DNA of 62,593 nt from a virus (lineage: Duplodnaviria > Caudoviricetes): positions 1 to 62,593 of IMG/VR virus record IMGVR_UViG_3300042914_000630; one strand, given 5' to 3'. Below the pieces are notes generated by a model. The model had not been told where the DNA came from and searched no databases. It saw only the letters and a program-made list of their open reading frames with translations. The translations under genes were made by a program, and so were the position numbers. Shown here piece after piece: positions 1 to 10,144 of this stretch; positions within the stretch are counted from its first letter, which is position 1; each line of letters begins with the position of its first letter.

Positions 1-280
1 AAGGATAAATATGTCTAAGAATAAACCGTGGCTAAAAGCTAAGAAAAGAGATCATACTACTGGTGCTGGCAAGGGCGATAAGTATCGTCCGGTTGACCGT
101 GAGCAGTATGAAAAGAATTATGATGCTATCTTCAATCCAACAAATAAGAACAACGATGACAAAGACACTAAGTGAACTTGAGGAGATGGTCTATGATCTT
201 GCAGCCCTTAGCTACAAGGTTGGACGCCTTGAGACAGATGGTACATCGACTCAGGCAAAGTATGATAAACTGGTTGAACA
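1..280. repeat. Left copy of terminal overlap (circular assembly)
   Basis: Matches 62278-62593 at both flanks, with a divergent middle. Confidence 0.95.
11..175 (+). CDS. Small hypothetical protein (GKGDKYRPVDREQYEKNYDAIF motif); shorter allele of 62288-62494
   Basis: AAGGA SD, ATG at 11; hand translation 54 aa. Confidence 0.6.
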   Translation: MSKNKPWLKAKKRDHTTGAGKGDKYRPVDREQYEKNYDAIFNPTNKNNDDKDTK

Positions 281-377
281 GCGTGACAATCTGAGAAATG
301 AGATTGCTGGTGTGTTCAAGTCTATGAGAAACCCATACACCCCGGAACTAGGTTGGGGTAAAGGAAAAGACGAATGA
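156..377 (+). CDS. Hypothetical coiled-coil protein
   Basis: Internal ATG of ORF 63..377 that overlaps the upstream stop; helical heptad pattern. Confidence 0.6.
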   Translation: MTKTLSELEEMVYDLAALSYKVGRLETDGTSTQAKYDKLVEQRDNLRNEIAGVFKSMRNPYTPELGWGKGKDE

Positions 378-673
378 TGAATAACACTGATACAAGTGAG
401 TGGCTGCAGATGAACTTCCCCGTTGGTGGTGGTCCAGAGATTATTGGTGGTGGCGATTGCCAACCATCTAAGCAGCTCTATATGAAGATTGAGTTTCCAA
501 CTGAGTCTCCTACTGCATACTTTATTATCTCCGAGACTCCGCATACTGATGGTTTCCGTACCCGTGAGGATACTCCGGTGGTTGCCTTTAGTATGTCTGA
601 TGAGTTGCTTCTTAAGATTGTCCGCACCATTGCAGTAAGCAAGGGTGTTACCTACAACGAAGAGAACTGGTGA
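374..673 (+). CDS. Hypothetical protein
   Basis: ORF track; ATGA overlap with the upstream gene. Confidence 0.6.
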   Translation: MMNNTDTSEWLQMNFPVGGGPEIIGGGDCQPSKQLYMKIEFPTESPTAYFIISETPHTDGFRTREDTPVVAFSMSDELLLKIVRTIAVSKGVTYNEENW

Positions 674-676
674 TGA

Positions 677-2398
677 ATGAGTCTGTTCCAAAAGAAAACC
701 GAATGCCCCCGCTGTACATCTAAAGGTGAAGATCGCAGCGGAGACAATCTCGCGGTCTATGATGACCATGTATATTGTTTCAAGTGCAATTATCACCGTA
801 ACACAAAAGGAAAAGAGATGCTAGATGAAACAACTACGATACAGACTAAGGAGTTCAAGCCTATCGCTGGCTCTTACATTGATCTTGAGGATCGTGGTAT
901 TACGGAAAAGACTTGCCGACTCTATGGCTATCAGGTAGCCAAGGTCAATGGCAAGGAGGTTCATGTCGCCAACTACTATCAGAATGGCGAGTTACTAGGT
1001 CAGCATCTCCGTGGTCCTAACAAGCAGTTTGCTTGGAAAGGATCGGCAAAGGGTGCTGAGCTTTTTGGACAGAACCTATGGAAGAATGGTGGCAAGCGTC
1101 TGGTCATTACCGAGGGTGAGATCGACTGCATGACTGTCAATCAGGTACTTGGCGGTACATGGCCTGTCGTATCCATCCCAAATGGAGCGCAGTCTGCTGC
1201 CAAGTCTATCCGTGATAACCTTGAGTTCATCAATTCATATGCAGAGGTTGTTCTTTGCTTTGACATGGATGATCCGGGTATCAAGGCTGCTAACGAAGTG
1301 GCTGAGCTGTTGCCTCCGGGCAAGTGCAAGATTGCCAAGCTTCCCTACAAGGATGCCAATGAGTGTCTCGTCAATGCCCAGACCAAGCAGCTTGTATCTG
1401 CTATCTGGGAAGCGCACCAGTACTCTCCAGATGAGATCCTACATATCTCCAAGATTGTAGATACATCGGAAACAATTACGGCTACGAAGGTTTACCCCTT
1501 CCCCTATGATGGACTCTCCGAGTTCCTTATTGGACAGCGTGGTGGCGAGATTACCCTATGGGCATCTGGCACAGGATCAGGCAAGTCTACTATTCTGCGT
1601 GAGCTGATGATGCACCACCTTTCCGAAGGTCGCAGCGTAGGCTGCATCATGCTTGAGGAGTCTCCTCAGGAGACAATGGATGACATGATCAGCCTCATGC
1701 TTAACAAGCCTGTCCGTGCCATCCGTGCATGTCGCATGATGAATGACCTCCGTGTGCAAATGGGAAAGAATCCCATTCATATGCAGATGATTGATGATCT
1801 TACCGATGAAGAGTACTATACCGCCAAGCGCAAGCTCAGCGAGACTAGCTTCTACATCTATGATCACCTTGGCAATAACGCCATGCAGAATCTGCTTGCT
1901 CGTATGGAGTTCATGTCTGTGTCCCTTGGTGTTCAGGTAATCGTACTTGATCATATCACCGCTGCTGCGGCTGGTCTAATGGGAATGCATGACAAGGATG
2001 TTGAGGGTGGTGGTTCAGAGCGAATCATCATCGACACATTGATGAAGGAACTGAGAGCACTGGCTGTTCGTACAGGTGTCCACATCGACATCGTATCTCA
2101 GCTTAAGAAGTCGGAGAAAGCATATGAGGAAGGCGACCGCATTACTCTGCAGGATCTACGAGGCTCTGGTGCTTTGGCTAGTGTACCTAACACAGTCGTT
2201 GCCCTTGAGCGTGATCGTCAGAATGCAGACCACAAGATTGCCAATACTACAATTGTTCGCGTACTCAAGAATCGCCTGACAGGTCGGGCTGGTATTGCTG
2301 CTACGCTTTTCTATGACCATACTACTGGTCGCCTCAAGGAGATCGGCTTTGCCGTTGCTGAGGATGGCTCACTAGTCTTTGAACCAGAGGAGAACTAA
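677..2398 (+). CDS. DNA primase-helicase (T7 gp4-like)
   Basis: N-terminal Zn finger (CPRC...CFKC), TOPRIM motifs (ITEGEID, FDMDDPG), Walker A SGTGSGKS, VLDH, LRGSG, LKNR. Confidence 0.97.
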   Translation: MSLFQKKTECPRCTSKGEDRSGDNLAVYDDHVYCFKCNYHRNTKGKEMLDETTTIQTKEFKPIAGSYIDLEDRGITEKTCRLYGYQVAKVNGKEVHVANYYQNGELLGQHLRGPNKQFAWKGSAKGAELFGQNLWKNGGKRLVITEGEIDCMTVNQVLGGTWPVVSIPNGAQSAAKSIRDNLEFINSYAEVVLCFDMDDPGIKAANEVAELLPPGKCKIAKLPYKDANECLVNAQTKQLVSAIWEAHQYSPDEILHISKIVDTSETITATKVYPFPYDGLSEFLIGQRGGEITLWASGTGSGKSTILRELMMHHLSEGRSVGCIMLEESPQETMDDMISLMLNKPVRAIRACRMMNDLRVQMGKNPIHMQMIDDLTDEEYYTAKRKLSETSFYIYDHLGNNAMQNLLARMEFMSVSLGVQVIVLDHITAAAAGLMGMHDKDVEGGGSERIIIDTLMKELRALAVRTGVHIDIVSQLKKSEKAYEEGDRITLQDLRGSGALASVPNTVVALERDRQNADHKIANTTIVRVLKNRLTGRAGIAATLFYDHTTGRLKEIGFAVAEDGSLVFEPEEN

Positions 2399-4090
2399 AT
2401 GAAGGTATGCGTCCTTGACATTGAAGGTAACGGATTGGGTGAGCTTGTCCTTGACAGCAAGGGTAAGCCATATACAGAAGCGACTAGAGTTCTATGTGCC
2501 GCTACCAAAGTCAATGACGAAGACCCGATCCTTTGGCTAGAACACCAGATGAAAGATCTGGTCAAGTACCTTAGTGAGATGCCCGTGATTATCGGACACA
2601 ATATCTGGGGCTACGATTTTCCCGTAATGCGTAGACTGTACGGGATGGCGCGACCGAAGTGCATTGTTGATACGCTCGTTATCAGCAAGTTGATGCATCC
2701 AGACATCAACAATCACCCGCTAGGTGACAACTCTCTGGCTTCTTGGGGCAAGTATCTTAAGTTCCCTAAGATGGATTATACAGGTGGATGGGCGCAGTAC
2801 TCAGATGAGATGGGTACTTACTGCTTGCAGGATGCCAGACTAGGTATGGCAATCTATAATGCACAGAAGCCATTCATTACGAAGAACAAGGACTTGGTTC
2901 GCTTTGAGAGCCGAGTGTCCGAGATACTAATGGAGCAAGTAGAACATGGATTTAATTACGACCGTGATGCAGGAGAGAAGCTGTATCAAGACCTTATGCT
3001 GGAAAAGCTTGGCATTGAGGACGAGATGCGTCAAATCTTTCCTGACAAGATTATCATCCGCCATTCGGAAAAGACAGGCAAGCGTCTGAAGGACAAGATT
3101 GAGACTTTCAATCCCGGTAGCCGACAGCAGATTGCCTCCCGTCTTAACGAGAAGTATGGATGGGAGCCACCCCTGACCGACAAGGGTAATCCAAAGGTAG
3201 ACGAAGCAGTGCTTGCTACCCTTGACTATCCCGAGGCAAAGAAGCTGACTGAGTATTTCAACAATGTCAAGCTTATGGGTATGGTTGAGGATTGGAACAC
3301 CAGAGCAAACACAAGCAGAGATCGCCGCATTCACGGTGGCATCAATGCTCAGGGTGCTGCTACTGGTCGTTGCACACACAGCCAGCCCAACATTGCTCAG
3401 GTAAGTGGCGACCATCGTGCAAGAGAGTTATGGATTGCAGATCCCGGAGATGTCGTTGTCGGTGCTGACTTGTCAGGTCTTGAGCTGCGTATGCTTGCTC
3501 ACTTCATGGCTAAGTATGACAACGGCGAGTATGCCAAGGTTCTCCTTACCGGAGACATCCATACACACAATCAACAAGCTGCGGGTCTTGCGACTAGATC
3601 ACTTGCCAAATCATTCATCTACGCTTATCTATATGGCGCAGGAGACAAGAAGATTGCTATGGTATGCGACTGCTCCGTTGATGCCGCTCGTAAGTTGCGT
3701 GAGCGTTTCCAGAAGGAAATCCCCGCACTTGCCAAGGTACAGGAAGCCGTCAGGTTTGAGACAGTCAAGACAGGAAAGGTTCGTCTACCCGATGGCAGAC
3801 AGGTTCCCGTCCGTAGCGAACACGCTGCCCTGAATACGCTCCTGCAAGGTTCAGGCGCGGTCGTATCGAAGTACTGGATGGCTGAGGCTAGCAAGGCTGC
3901 GGCTCAACACAGGGCAAGCCAGCTTGCCTACATCCATGACGAATTGCAGTACTCTTGTCCCAAGTCTTGTGCCGATAGTTTCGGCAAGGCAGTTACACAG
4001 GCAGCAACGACTGCTGGAGAAATGCTTAAACTTAACATTCGTATTGATGCCGAGTATCGTGTAGGTACTAATTGGGCAGAGACACACTAA
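2399..4090 (+). CDS. polA: Family A DNA polymerase with 3'-5' exonuclease (T7 gp5-like, Tyr at the 762-equivalent position)
   Basis: DIE, GHNIWGYD, YCLQD exo motifs; TGR..PN; DLSGLELR; KSFIYAYLYG; IHDE. Confidence 0.97.
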   Translation: MKVCVLDIEGNGLGELVLDSKGKPYTEATRVLCAATKVNDEDPILWLEHQMKDLVKYLSEMPVIIGHNIWGYDFPVMRRLYGMARPKCIVDTLVISKLMHPDINNHPLGDNSLASWGKYLKFPKMDYTGGWAQYSDEMGTYCLQDARLGMAIYNAQKPFITKNKDLVRFESRVSEILMEQVEHGFNYDRDAGEKLYQDLMLEKLGIEDEMRQIFPDKIIIRHSEKTGKRLKDKIETFNPGSRQQIASRLNEKYGWEPPLTDKGNPKVDEAVLATLDYPEAKKLTEYFNNVKLMGMVEDWNTRANTSRDRRIHGGINAQGAATGRCTHSQPNIAQVSGDHRARELWIADPGDVVVGADLSGLELRMLAHFMAKYDNGEYAKVLLTGDIHTHNQQAAGLATRSLAKSFIYAYLYGAGDKKIAMVCDCSVDAARKLRERFQKEIPALAKVQEAVRFETVKTGKVRLPDGRQVPVRSEHAALNTLLQGSGAVVSKYWMAEASKAAAQHRASQLAYIHDELQYSCPKSCADSFGKAVTQAATTAGEMLKLNIRIDAEYRVGTNWAETH

Positions 4091-4098
4091 GGAGTAAT

Positions 4099-4431
4099 AT
4101 GAGTTCACTTACTATGTACATTGCTGGTCCAATGAGGGGATATCCGAATCATAACTTTGATGCTTTTTATAAGGCAGAAAAAAAGTGGGTAAAGAACCCA
4201 ATGATTGAAAAGATTTATAACCCAGCTCGTATGGATGAGGACGAAGGATTCGATCCATCAACAGCTGAAGATTCTAAAGAACACCTCCGTTCATGCATGA
4301 AGAGGGACTTGAATGCAATTCTAAACTGCAACGCTATGGTAATGCTACATGGATGGGAGCATTCCGAAGGAGCTAGAGTTGAGCATTCACTCGCAACATA
4401 TTTAGGGATGCCAATTTTCTATGAAAGTTAA
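4099..4431 (+). CDS. DUF4406-like (nucleoside deoxyribosyltransferase-fold) protein
   Basis: YIAGPMRGYP.NF, NPA, L.GWE.S.GA..E pattern; GGAG SD before ATG 4099. Confidence 0.8.
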   Translation: MSSLTMYIAGPMRGYPNHNFDAFYKAEKKWVKNPMIEKIYNPARMDEDEGFDPSTAEDSKEHLRSCMKRDLNAILNCNAMVMLHGWEHSEGARVEHSLATYLGMPIFYES

Positions 4432-4924
4432 TGCTAAGATTGCCTTCTATAAATTCAAGCCACTACAAGCATGGCGTTATGCCTTTATACGCATACTTAC
4501 TAATGCTAAGCATACTCATGCTCATCTTGAGTTTAGTACTGAACCACCAATAGCTGTTATTGTTATTGATGGAAAGGCTGCTGAGATTATGCAAGTGGCC
4601 TCGCTTTCTAAACTTAAGGTAGAAAAGTATTATGAATATGATATCGGTGATCTTGAGTTATCTTCTAATGACTTCCAGTTTTTTCAGAGATACCGTCAGA
4701 TCAACGCAATCAAGATGATTTTCTATTATGCTATTGGTCGTTTCTTTGGTATGAAAAAACCAGCTAGTTGCGTAACATTTATCTGTGACTATTTAAAATT
4801 CAAGGGTTGGGATATCCCCGATCTATTCAGTCCAAAGGAATTATGGGAGAGTTTACATGCTGATAATAATGATCGGTGGAAAGGCCCGCGTGGGCAAAAC
4901 CACTCTAGCCAAGTGGCTAAGTGA
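4421..4924 (+). CDS. Possible permuted papain-like (NlpC/P60-related) protein
   Basis: HTHAHLEF precedes SCVTFI, followed by SP.EL, the His-before-Cys order of permuted papain folds. Confidence 0.45.
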   Translation: MKVNAKIAFYKFKPLQAWRYAFIRILTNAKHTHAHLEFSTEPPIAVIVIDGKAAEIMQVASLSKLKVEKYYEYDIGDLELSSNDFQFFQRYRQINAIKMIFYYAIGRFFGMKKPASCVTFICDYLKFKGWDIPDLFSPKELWESLHADNNDRWKGPRGQNHSSQVAK

Positions 4925-5588
4925 GTATGCCTACAATGAAGGCTATACCCCTGTAATTCTACCCTTTGCTCAGGCACTCAAGGATGAGGCAGAGAAGCGT
5001 GGTTATTCCAAGGATAAGAATCCCGAAGAGTATCGTGCATTCTGCCAGACCCTTGGATCTGAAGCCCGAAAGGAAGACGAGGATTTCTGGGTAAAGAAGT
5101 TCAAGGAAAAGATCAAGTTCATGTATGAGCAGGAGCAAAAGGCTTTGGCTGAAGAGCCTGATACTTGGCATGAGAAGGCAATCATTGTTGATGACTGTCG
5201 ATACATGAATGAGGTTGCTGCTGCCCGAGAGTTAAAAGCTCTCACGGTGTTTGTCTCTTCAGGTAAAAGAGAATTACCCGAAGAAAAAGCAGAATGGCGT
5301 GAGCATGAATCTGAAGCAATGGCTAATGCAATCGACGGTCAAGATAAGAACTACACTGAGGTTTTTGATTATGTTATTCGTAATGAATATTCAGAGCGTC
5401 AGTACAAGAACAAGGTCACTGAGAAGTTTGAGGAGTGGTTTCATATCCTATCAGAAGGATTGGTTGGCAACCTCTGTACCTGTGAGATGTGCATTGCCTC
5501 AAGAGAAGACCGTGATCCCGATGCCGAAAGAGTAGTTCAGCATATACTGGATATTATCCTAGGAGAAAAGAACGATGGAAAGACCTGA
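4857..5588 (+). CDS. Deoxynucleoside monophosphate kinase-like P-loop kinase
   Basis: GGKARVGKTT, FAQALK, R..CQ.LG, FWV, IVDDCRY.NE, HESE. Confidence 0.85.
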   Translation: MLIIMIGGKARVGKTTLAKWLSEYAYNEGYTPVILPFAQALKDEAEKRGYSKDKNPEEYRAFCQTLGSEARKEDEDFWVKKFKEKIKFMYEQEQKALAEEPDTWHEKAIIVDDCRYMNEVAAARELKALTVFVSSGKRELPEEKAEWREHESEAMANAIDGQDKNYTEVFDYVIRNEYSERQYKNKVTEKFEEWFHILSEGLVGNLCTCEMCIASREDRDPDAERVVQHILDIILGEKNDGKT

Positions 5589-6318
5589 TGTTGCTGTGCT
5601 TGATGGAGATATCCTATGTTATCGTGCTGCTTTCTGGGCAGACCAAGAGGGTGTAGAATACCTAGAGGAAAGACTTGAGCATGATATCAAGGCTTGGACT
5701 CCAGCTGGTATGACCAAGACATACATTGCCATGTCTTGCAGCCGCAAGGATAATTACAGACGAGACTTCTGGGAATCCTATAAGGCTCACCGGGATGTCC
5801 GTAAGCAGACTCCAGATAGCATGGACTATGCTCTGGAGCTGATCCATCAGCATGACATCCTAACAGTACCTAGGCTGGAGGCTGATGATATCATGGGTAT
5901 TATGGCTTCCTCTGGCAAGGGTATTGCCGTGACAATCGACAAGGATCTTAGATCCGTACCCGGTTGGCACTGGAATCCAGACAAGGAACATACACCAGAT
6001 ATTGTGGATGAATATACCGCAGACCTGAATTTCCACAAGCAGTGGATTACCGGGGATACCACAGATAACATCCCCGGTATCTGGAAGTGGGGGCCAGCCA
6101 AGGCTGAGAAGTGGCTAAAGTATGTCCACCCCCGGAACTGGACCGCTGCTGTATTGGCGGCTTATGACCAAGCCAAGCCACAGGATGGCACTAAATATAA
6201 TTATGAGTATTGTTTATCTATGGCTAGGTGCGTTCGCATCCTACGGGATGGCGAGTACGACAAGAAGACCAAGCAGATTAAACTATACTGCCCAATAGTT
6301 GGGGCTACTGAAGAATAA
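5575..6318 (+). CDS. 5'-3' exonuclease (T7 gp6-like)
   Basis: LDGDIL, YKAHR, EADD, DKDL, GDTTDNIPG..G..KA. Confidence 0.95.
   Translation: MERPDVAVLDGDILCYRAAFWADQEGVEYLEERLEHDIKAWTPAGMTKTYIAMSCSRKDNYRRDFWESYKAHRDVRKQTPDSMDYALELIHQHDILTVPRLEADDIMGIMASSGKGIAVTIDKDLRSVPGWHWNPDKEHTPDIVDEYTADLNFHKQWITGDTTDNIPGIWKWGPAKAEKWLKYVHPRNWTAAVLAAYDQAKPQDGTKYNYEYCLSMARCVRILRDGEYDKKTKQIKLYCPIVGATEE
6292..6314 (+). promoter_or_regulatory. Candidate phage RNAP promoter (copy upstream of dUTPase and late genes)
   Basis: CCAATAGTTGGGGCTACTGAAGA; the core recurs at 46420, 50920 and 59580 on the same strand. Confidence 0.7.
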
Positions 6319-6334
6319 ACCAAAGGAGATACTA

Positions 6335-6847
6335 ATGGATACTAAAGTTACTTGCTACGATACTAACTCAGCTGTCTATGCTGATAACAATAATTACAAC
6401 ACTTCTACTTATACCTATAGACCAGATAGTATCCCTATGGTTCTCCATACTGACTATTGTAAACCAGAGTATAAGACTAAAGGATCAGCTGGGGCCGACT
6501 TAAAAATTGTAACAGATATTACTCTGTTACCCGGTGCTAGCTACCTTGTTGCTACTGGTGTATCTTTGGCTATTCCAGAAGGCTATGTTGGTCTTGTATT
6601 CCCACGGTCTGGCTTAGCTTCCAAGGGTATTACCCTGAGAAACTCAGTTGGTGTGATCGACTCTGATTACCGTGGTGAAATTATGGTTGCCCTAGTAAAC
6701 AACTCATATGAGACTGTCGTACTAACTAAGGGTGATCGTGTTGCACAAATTGTTTTCCTCCCTGTTACTCAATTCCCATTCATCTCTGTCGATAAACTAC
6801 CAGAGACTACAAGAGGAACTGGTGGTTTTGGAAGTACAGGTTTATAA
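6335..6847 (+). CDS. dut: Trimeric dUTPase
   Basis: AGADL, PRSG, GVIDSDYRGE, GDRVAQ, RGTGGFGSTG. Confidence 0.96.
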   Translation: MDTKVTCYDTNSAVYADNNNYNTSTYTYRPDSIPMVLHTDYCKPEYKTKGSAGADLKIVTDITLLPGASYLVATGVSLAIPEGYVGLVFPRSGLASKGITLRNSVGVIDSDYRGEIMVALVNNSYETVVLTKGDRVAQIVFLPVTQFPFISVDKLPETTRGTGGFGSTGL

Positions 6848-6874
6848 AAAACTAGCCGTTTAAGAAGGACAGAT

Positions 6875-8767
6875 ATGGATACATTTCAAAACTTTATTGC
6901 CATCTCTCGGTATAGCCGATGGATGGATTCTGAATCTCGCCGTGAGACTTGGGATGAAACCGTGGATCGTTGGTGGAATTACTTTACGACCAAGGTTCCT
7001 GCCCTAGCTTCACGACCAGATGTTCGTGATGCAATTCTAAACCTTGAGGTTCTACCCTCAATGCGTGGGCTTATGACCGCAGGACCAGCTCTGGACCGCG
7101 ACCATACAGCCCTCTACAATTGCTCTTATCTTGAGATTGATTCACCACGATCATTCTCAAATCTAATGTACATTCTAATGTGCGGTACTGGTGTTGGCTA
7201 TACTGTTGAGCGTAGATGCACAGACAAGCTTCCCACCATTCCCACAATACACAAGATGTTCGATCAGGTAATGACAGTCGATGACAGCCGCGAAGGTTGG
7301 TGCGACTCCCTCCATTACCTAATCAAGAATCTTTACATGGGTGTCCACCTCAAGTGGGATACCAGCAAGATTCGCAAGGCTGGAGAAAGACTCAAGACTT
7401 TCGGAGGACGCGCAAGTGGTCCTGCCCCGCTTGAGGAAGTATTCCGCTTTGTCGTTCAGACATTCTACAAGGCTCAGGGACGAAGACTCACTCCGCTTGA
7501 GTGTCACGACATTTGCTGCAAGATTGCTCAGTCAGTCATCGTTGGTGGCGTTCGCCGCTCAGCAATGATCTCTCTCAGTGATCTCGCGGATCGTGAGATG
7601 GCAACATGCAAGAGTGGTGCTTGGTGGGAATCATCAGGACACCGCGCCCTAGCCAACAATTCCGCTGTTTACAATGGTCGCCCTTCAATGGGACAATTCC
7701 TAGAGGAGTGGACAGACCTGTACAACTCTCACAGCGGAGAGCGCGGTATCTGCAACCGTGATGCGATGAAGGCTATTGCAGTTACGGCTGGTCGTAGTGA
7801 TGAATATTATTATGGGACCAACCCTTGCTCTGAGATTATCCTCAGACCTAATCAGTTCTGCAACCTATCGACCGTTGTAGTCCGCGCTTCAGATACACCT
7901 GAGACATTGGCTAAGAAGATTGAGATGGCTACAATCATCGGCACAATCCAAAGCATGTTCACTTACTTTCCATATCTTTCCCGTGAGGATTCCTCATGGG
8001 CAAAGAACTGTGAAGAGGAGCGATTGCTTGGCGTGTCGATGACAGGCATCTTTGACAACAAGCTGATGTCTGGCCTCCTTAGTTACGGAAAGCTCATGCA
8101 TGTTCTTGAACTTCTTCGTGAGGTTGCTATCAAGACAAATCTTGATTGGGCTAAGCAGCTGGGTATCAACCCAAGCAAGTCAATCACTTGCATCAAGCCA
8201 GAGGGAACTACCTCATGCTTGGCTAATTCGGCCAGCGGTCTTCATCCAAGATATGCTGAGTACTATTATCGTAGAGTTCGTATCGACAAGAAAGATCCGT
8301 TGTACATGCTGATGCGTGATGCTCAGGTTCCTGTCGAAGACTGCGTAATGAATCCTGATTCAACAGCAGTATTCACATTTGCTCAGGCTGCTCCCTCTGG
8401 TTCTCTTACACAAGATGAACTACAGGCAATCGACCACCTTAATCTGTGGCTTGCCTATCAGGAATGCTACTGCCAGCACAAGCCAAGCATCACCGTCAAC
8501 TATTCCGACAGTGAGTTTATGCCAGTAGGTCAGTGGGTATGGGAGAACTTTGACAAGATCTCTGGTATCTCCTTCCTGCCAAAGTCTGACCATGTATATG
8601 CTCAGGCTCCGTTTGAGGCAATCACCAAGGAAATGTATGATGCATATACGATGGTTCCTGTCGATTTTAATCATCTATCTTTCTATGAAAAGACAGACAC
8701 AACAACATCCTCTCATACAATGGCATGCACCGCTGGTGCGTGTGAGATTATAGATCTCAAAGGATAA
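6875..8767 (+). CDS. nrdJ: Class II (B12-dependent, monomeric-type) ribonucleotide reductase
   Basis: PSMR, NC, GTGVG, SGP, GGVRRSA, TNPCSEI, CNL, KPEGT, C-terminal CTAGAC; no NrdB partner gene. Confidence 0.93.
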   Translation: MDTFQNFIAISRYSRWMDSESRRETWDETVDRWWNYFTTKVPALASRPDVRDAILNLEVLPSMRGLMTAGPALDRDHTALYNCSYLEIDSPRSFSNLMYILMCGTGVGYTVERRCTDKLPTIPTIHKMFDQVMTVDDSREGWCDSLHYLIKNLYMGVHLKWDTSKIRKAGERLKTFGGRASGPAPLEEVFRFVVQTFYKAQGRRLTPLECHDICCKIAQSVIVGGVRRSAMISLSDLADREMATCKSGAWWESSGHRALANNSAVYNGRPSMGQFLEEWTDLYNSHSGERGICNRDAMKAIAVTAGRSDEYYYGTNPCSEIILRPNQFCNLSTVVVRASDTPETLAKKIEMATIIGTIQSMFTYFPYLSREDSSWAKNCEEERLLGVSMTGIFDNKLMSGLLSYGKLMHVLELLREVAIKTNLDWAKQLGINPSKSITCIKPEGTTSCLANSASGLHPRYAEYYYRRVRIDKKDPLYMLMRDAQVPVEDCVMNPDSTAVFTFAQAAPSGSLTQDELQAIDHLNLWLAYQECYCQHKPSITVNYSDSEFMPVGQWVWENFDKISGISFLPKSDHVYAQAPFEAITKEMYDAYTMVPVDFNHLSFYEKTDTTTSSHTMACTAGACEIIDLKG

Positions 8768-8770
8768 CAT

Positions 8771-9487
8771 ATGGCTACAAAAGCAGAACTCCAAAAGCAA
8801 CTAGCCACTATTGAGGCTGGTCTTTTGGATTTTACGGCGGTAGGAGAGCAAGCATATCTAAAGCAAACAGGACAAACAAAACTGAAAGCTAAAGAAACAC
8901 CTACTTATTCTTCTATTTATGATCCTATTTACAAAGCTACAAAAGATGTTCAGTTTTCTTTGGGTGCTGATGCTAGAACATCAGCAGCTGGGGATCGCGC
9001 TTTTTATGTTTTTAATCCTGCAGTAGAAGCTGAAAAGCAAACTCAAAAAAAGCTAGCAGACATTGAAACATTCAATACCAGTGTTAAGCAGCAAGAAGAA
9101 AACATTAAGAAATTTCTTGTTTCTGAAAAAGAAACAGCTAAAACAGCTGTCTTACAGTCTTATCTCTCAACTATGTTAAATCCCCAGTTGAAGTTTGGGG
9201 AAAGAAATCCTTTTGAATGGGAAGCAGTAGATGTAAATACAAAAGAAGGATTTGAACGCTTTCAAAAAACAAGAGAAAGAGTTGTAGATAGACCCAGATA
9301 TTCTGGTTCTGGTCGAAGCATGGCAGCTACTTACTATGTAAAGCTTACTCCAGAACAGGCTGCTGCTAAAAGAAAGCTAACAGAGTCTATTGAAACAACA
9401 CGCTTTATGGCTAGTCCATCTTTGCAGAAAACATATGCAGAGAAATACAGAGCACAGCTACAAGCTCAATTAAAGAAGATGAAATAA
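8771..9487 (+). CDS. Hypothetical protein
   Basis: 238-aa ORF with AAGGA SD. Confidence 0.7.
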   Translation: MATKAELQKQLATIEAGLLDFTAVGEQAYLKQTGQTKLKAKETPTYSSIYDPIYKATKDVQFSLGADARTSAAGDRAFYVFNPAVEAEKQTQKKLADIETFNTSVKQQEENIKKFLVSEKETAKTAVLQSYLSTMLNPQLKFGERNPFEWEAVDVNTKEGFERFQKTRERVVDRPRYSGSGRSMAATYYVKLTPEQAAAKRKLTESIETTRFMASPSLQKTYAEKYRAQLQAQLKKMK

Positions 9488-9605
9488 AACATGGTAACTA
9501 ATATTCAGTCAGCTATAACAAAACTAGGGCTATCAGCTCCGATTGATACCCCTGAGATTAAGCTAATGCTCAAAGACATCTATGCAAAACTAGATGAACT
9601 AACAA

Positions 9606-9797
9606 ATGAAATCAGAAAAGTTTCCGAGAATCGACCCCGAATTAATAAAGATTCTGGAAGAACTCTATAAACCTCTAGAGTATGATCCTACTGTATGTGA
9701 TCAGGTCTTCACACGAAGAGCTGCTTTCAGAGCAGGACAGATAGAGGTTGTTGACAAACTCAAAGCTGTCCTCAAACAACAGCAAGGAGGCAGATAA
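9606..9797 (+). CDS. Hypothetical protein (pre-portal)
   Basis: ORF track; position typical of small T7-like pre-portal genes. Confidence 0.65.
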   Translation: MKSEKFPRIDPELIKILEELYKPLEYDPTVCDQVFTRRAAFRAGQIEVVDKLKAVLKQQQGGR

Positions 9798-9798
9798 T

Positions 9799-10134
9799 AT
9801 GGGTGGTTCCCCTAAAATCAGTGGTGGAATGACTTTTGCTGAACAGCAGAAGCTTCTAAAAGATGAAAGAGAATTCCAAAAACAACAGGAAGAAGAGCGA
9901 AGAAAGGCTGCTGAAGATGCAGAAACCCGACGAGTCGCTAGAGAAGAAGCCGAGAGATCCCGAACTAAGGCCCAAGAAGAACGCGCTATACAAGAAGCGT
10001 CACAAGCTGAACAAGAAGCGGTACTAGAAGCCCAAGCTCAGGCTGAAGAAACCCAGATGCAGGGTATTCAGGGTACTAATGTTCGTGCTCTTGACTTCTA
10101 TTCTTCATTATACAATGGCATGAATAACCAGTAA
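9799..10134 (+). CDS. Putative virion/tail assembly protein (gp7.3-position), coiled coil
   Basis: AGGAGG SD; MGG start; E/R/Q-rich; directly upstream of portal. Confidence 0.6.
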   Translation: MGGSPKISGGMTFAEQQKLLKDEREFQKQQEEERRKAAEDAETRRVAREEAERSRTKAQEERAIQEASQAEQEAVLEAQAQAEETQMQGIQGTNVRALDFYSSLYNGMNNQ

Positions 10135-10144
10135 GGAGGCATCA

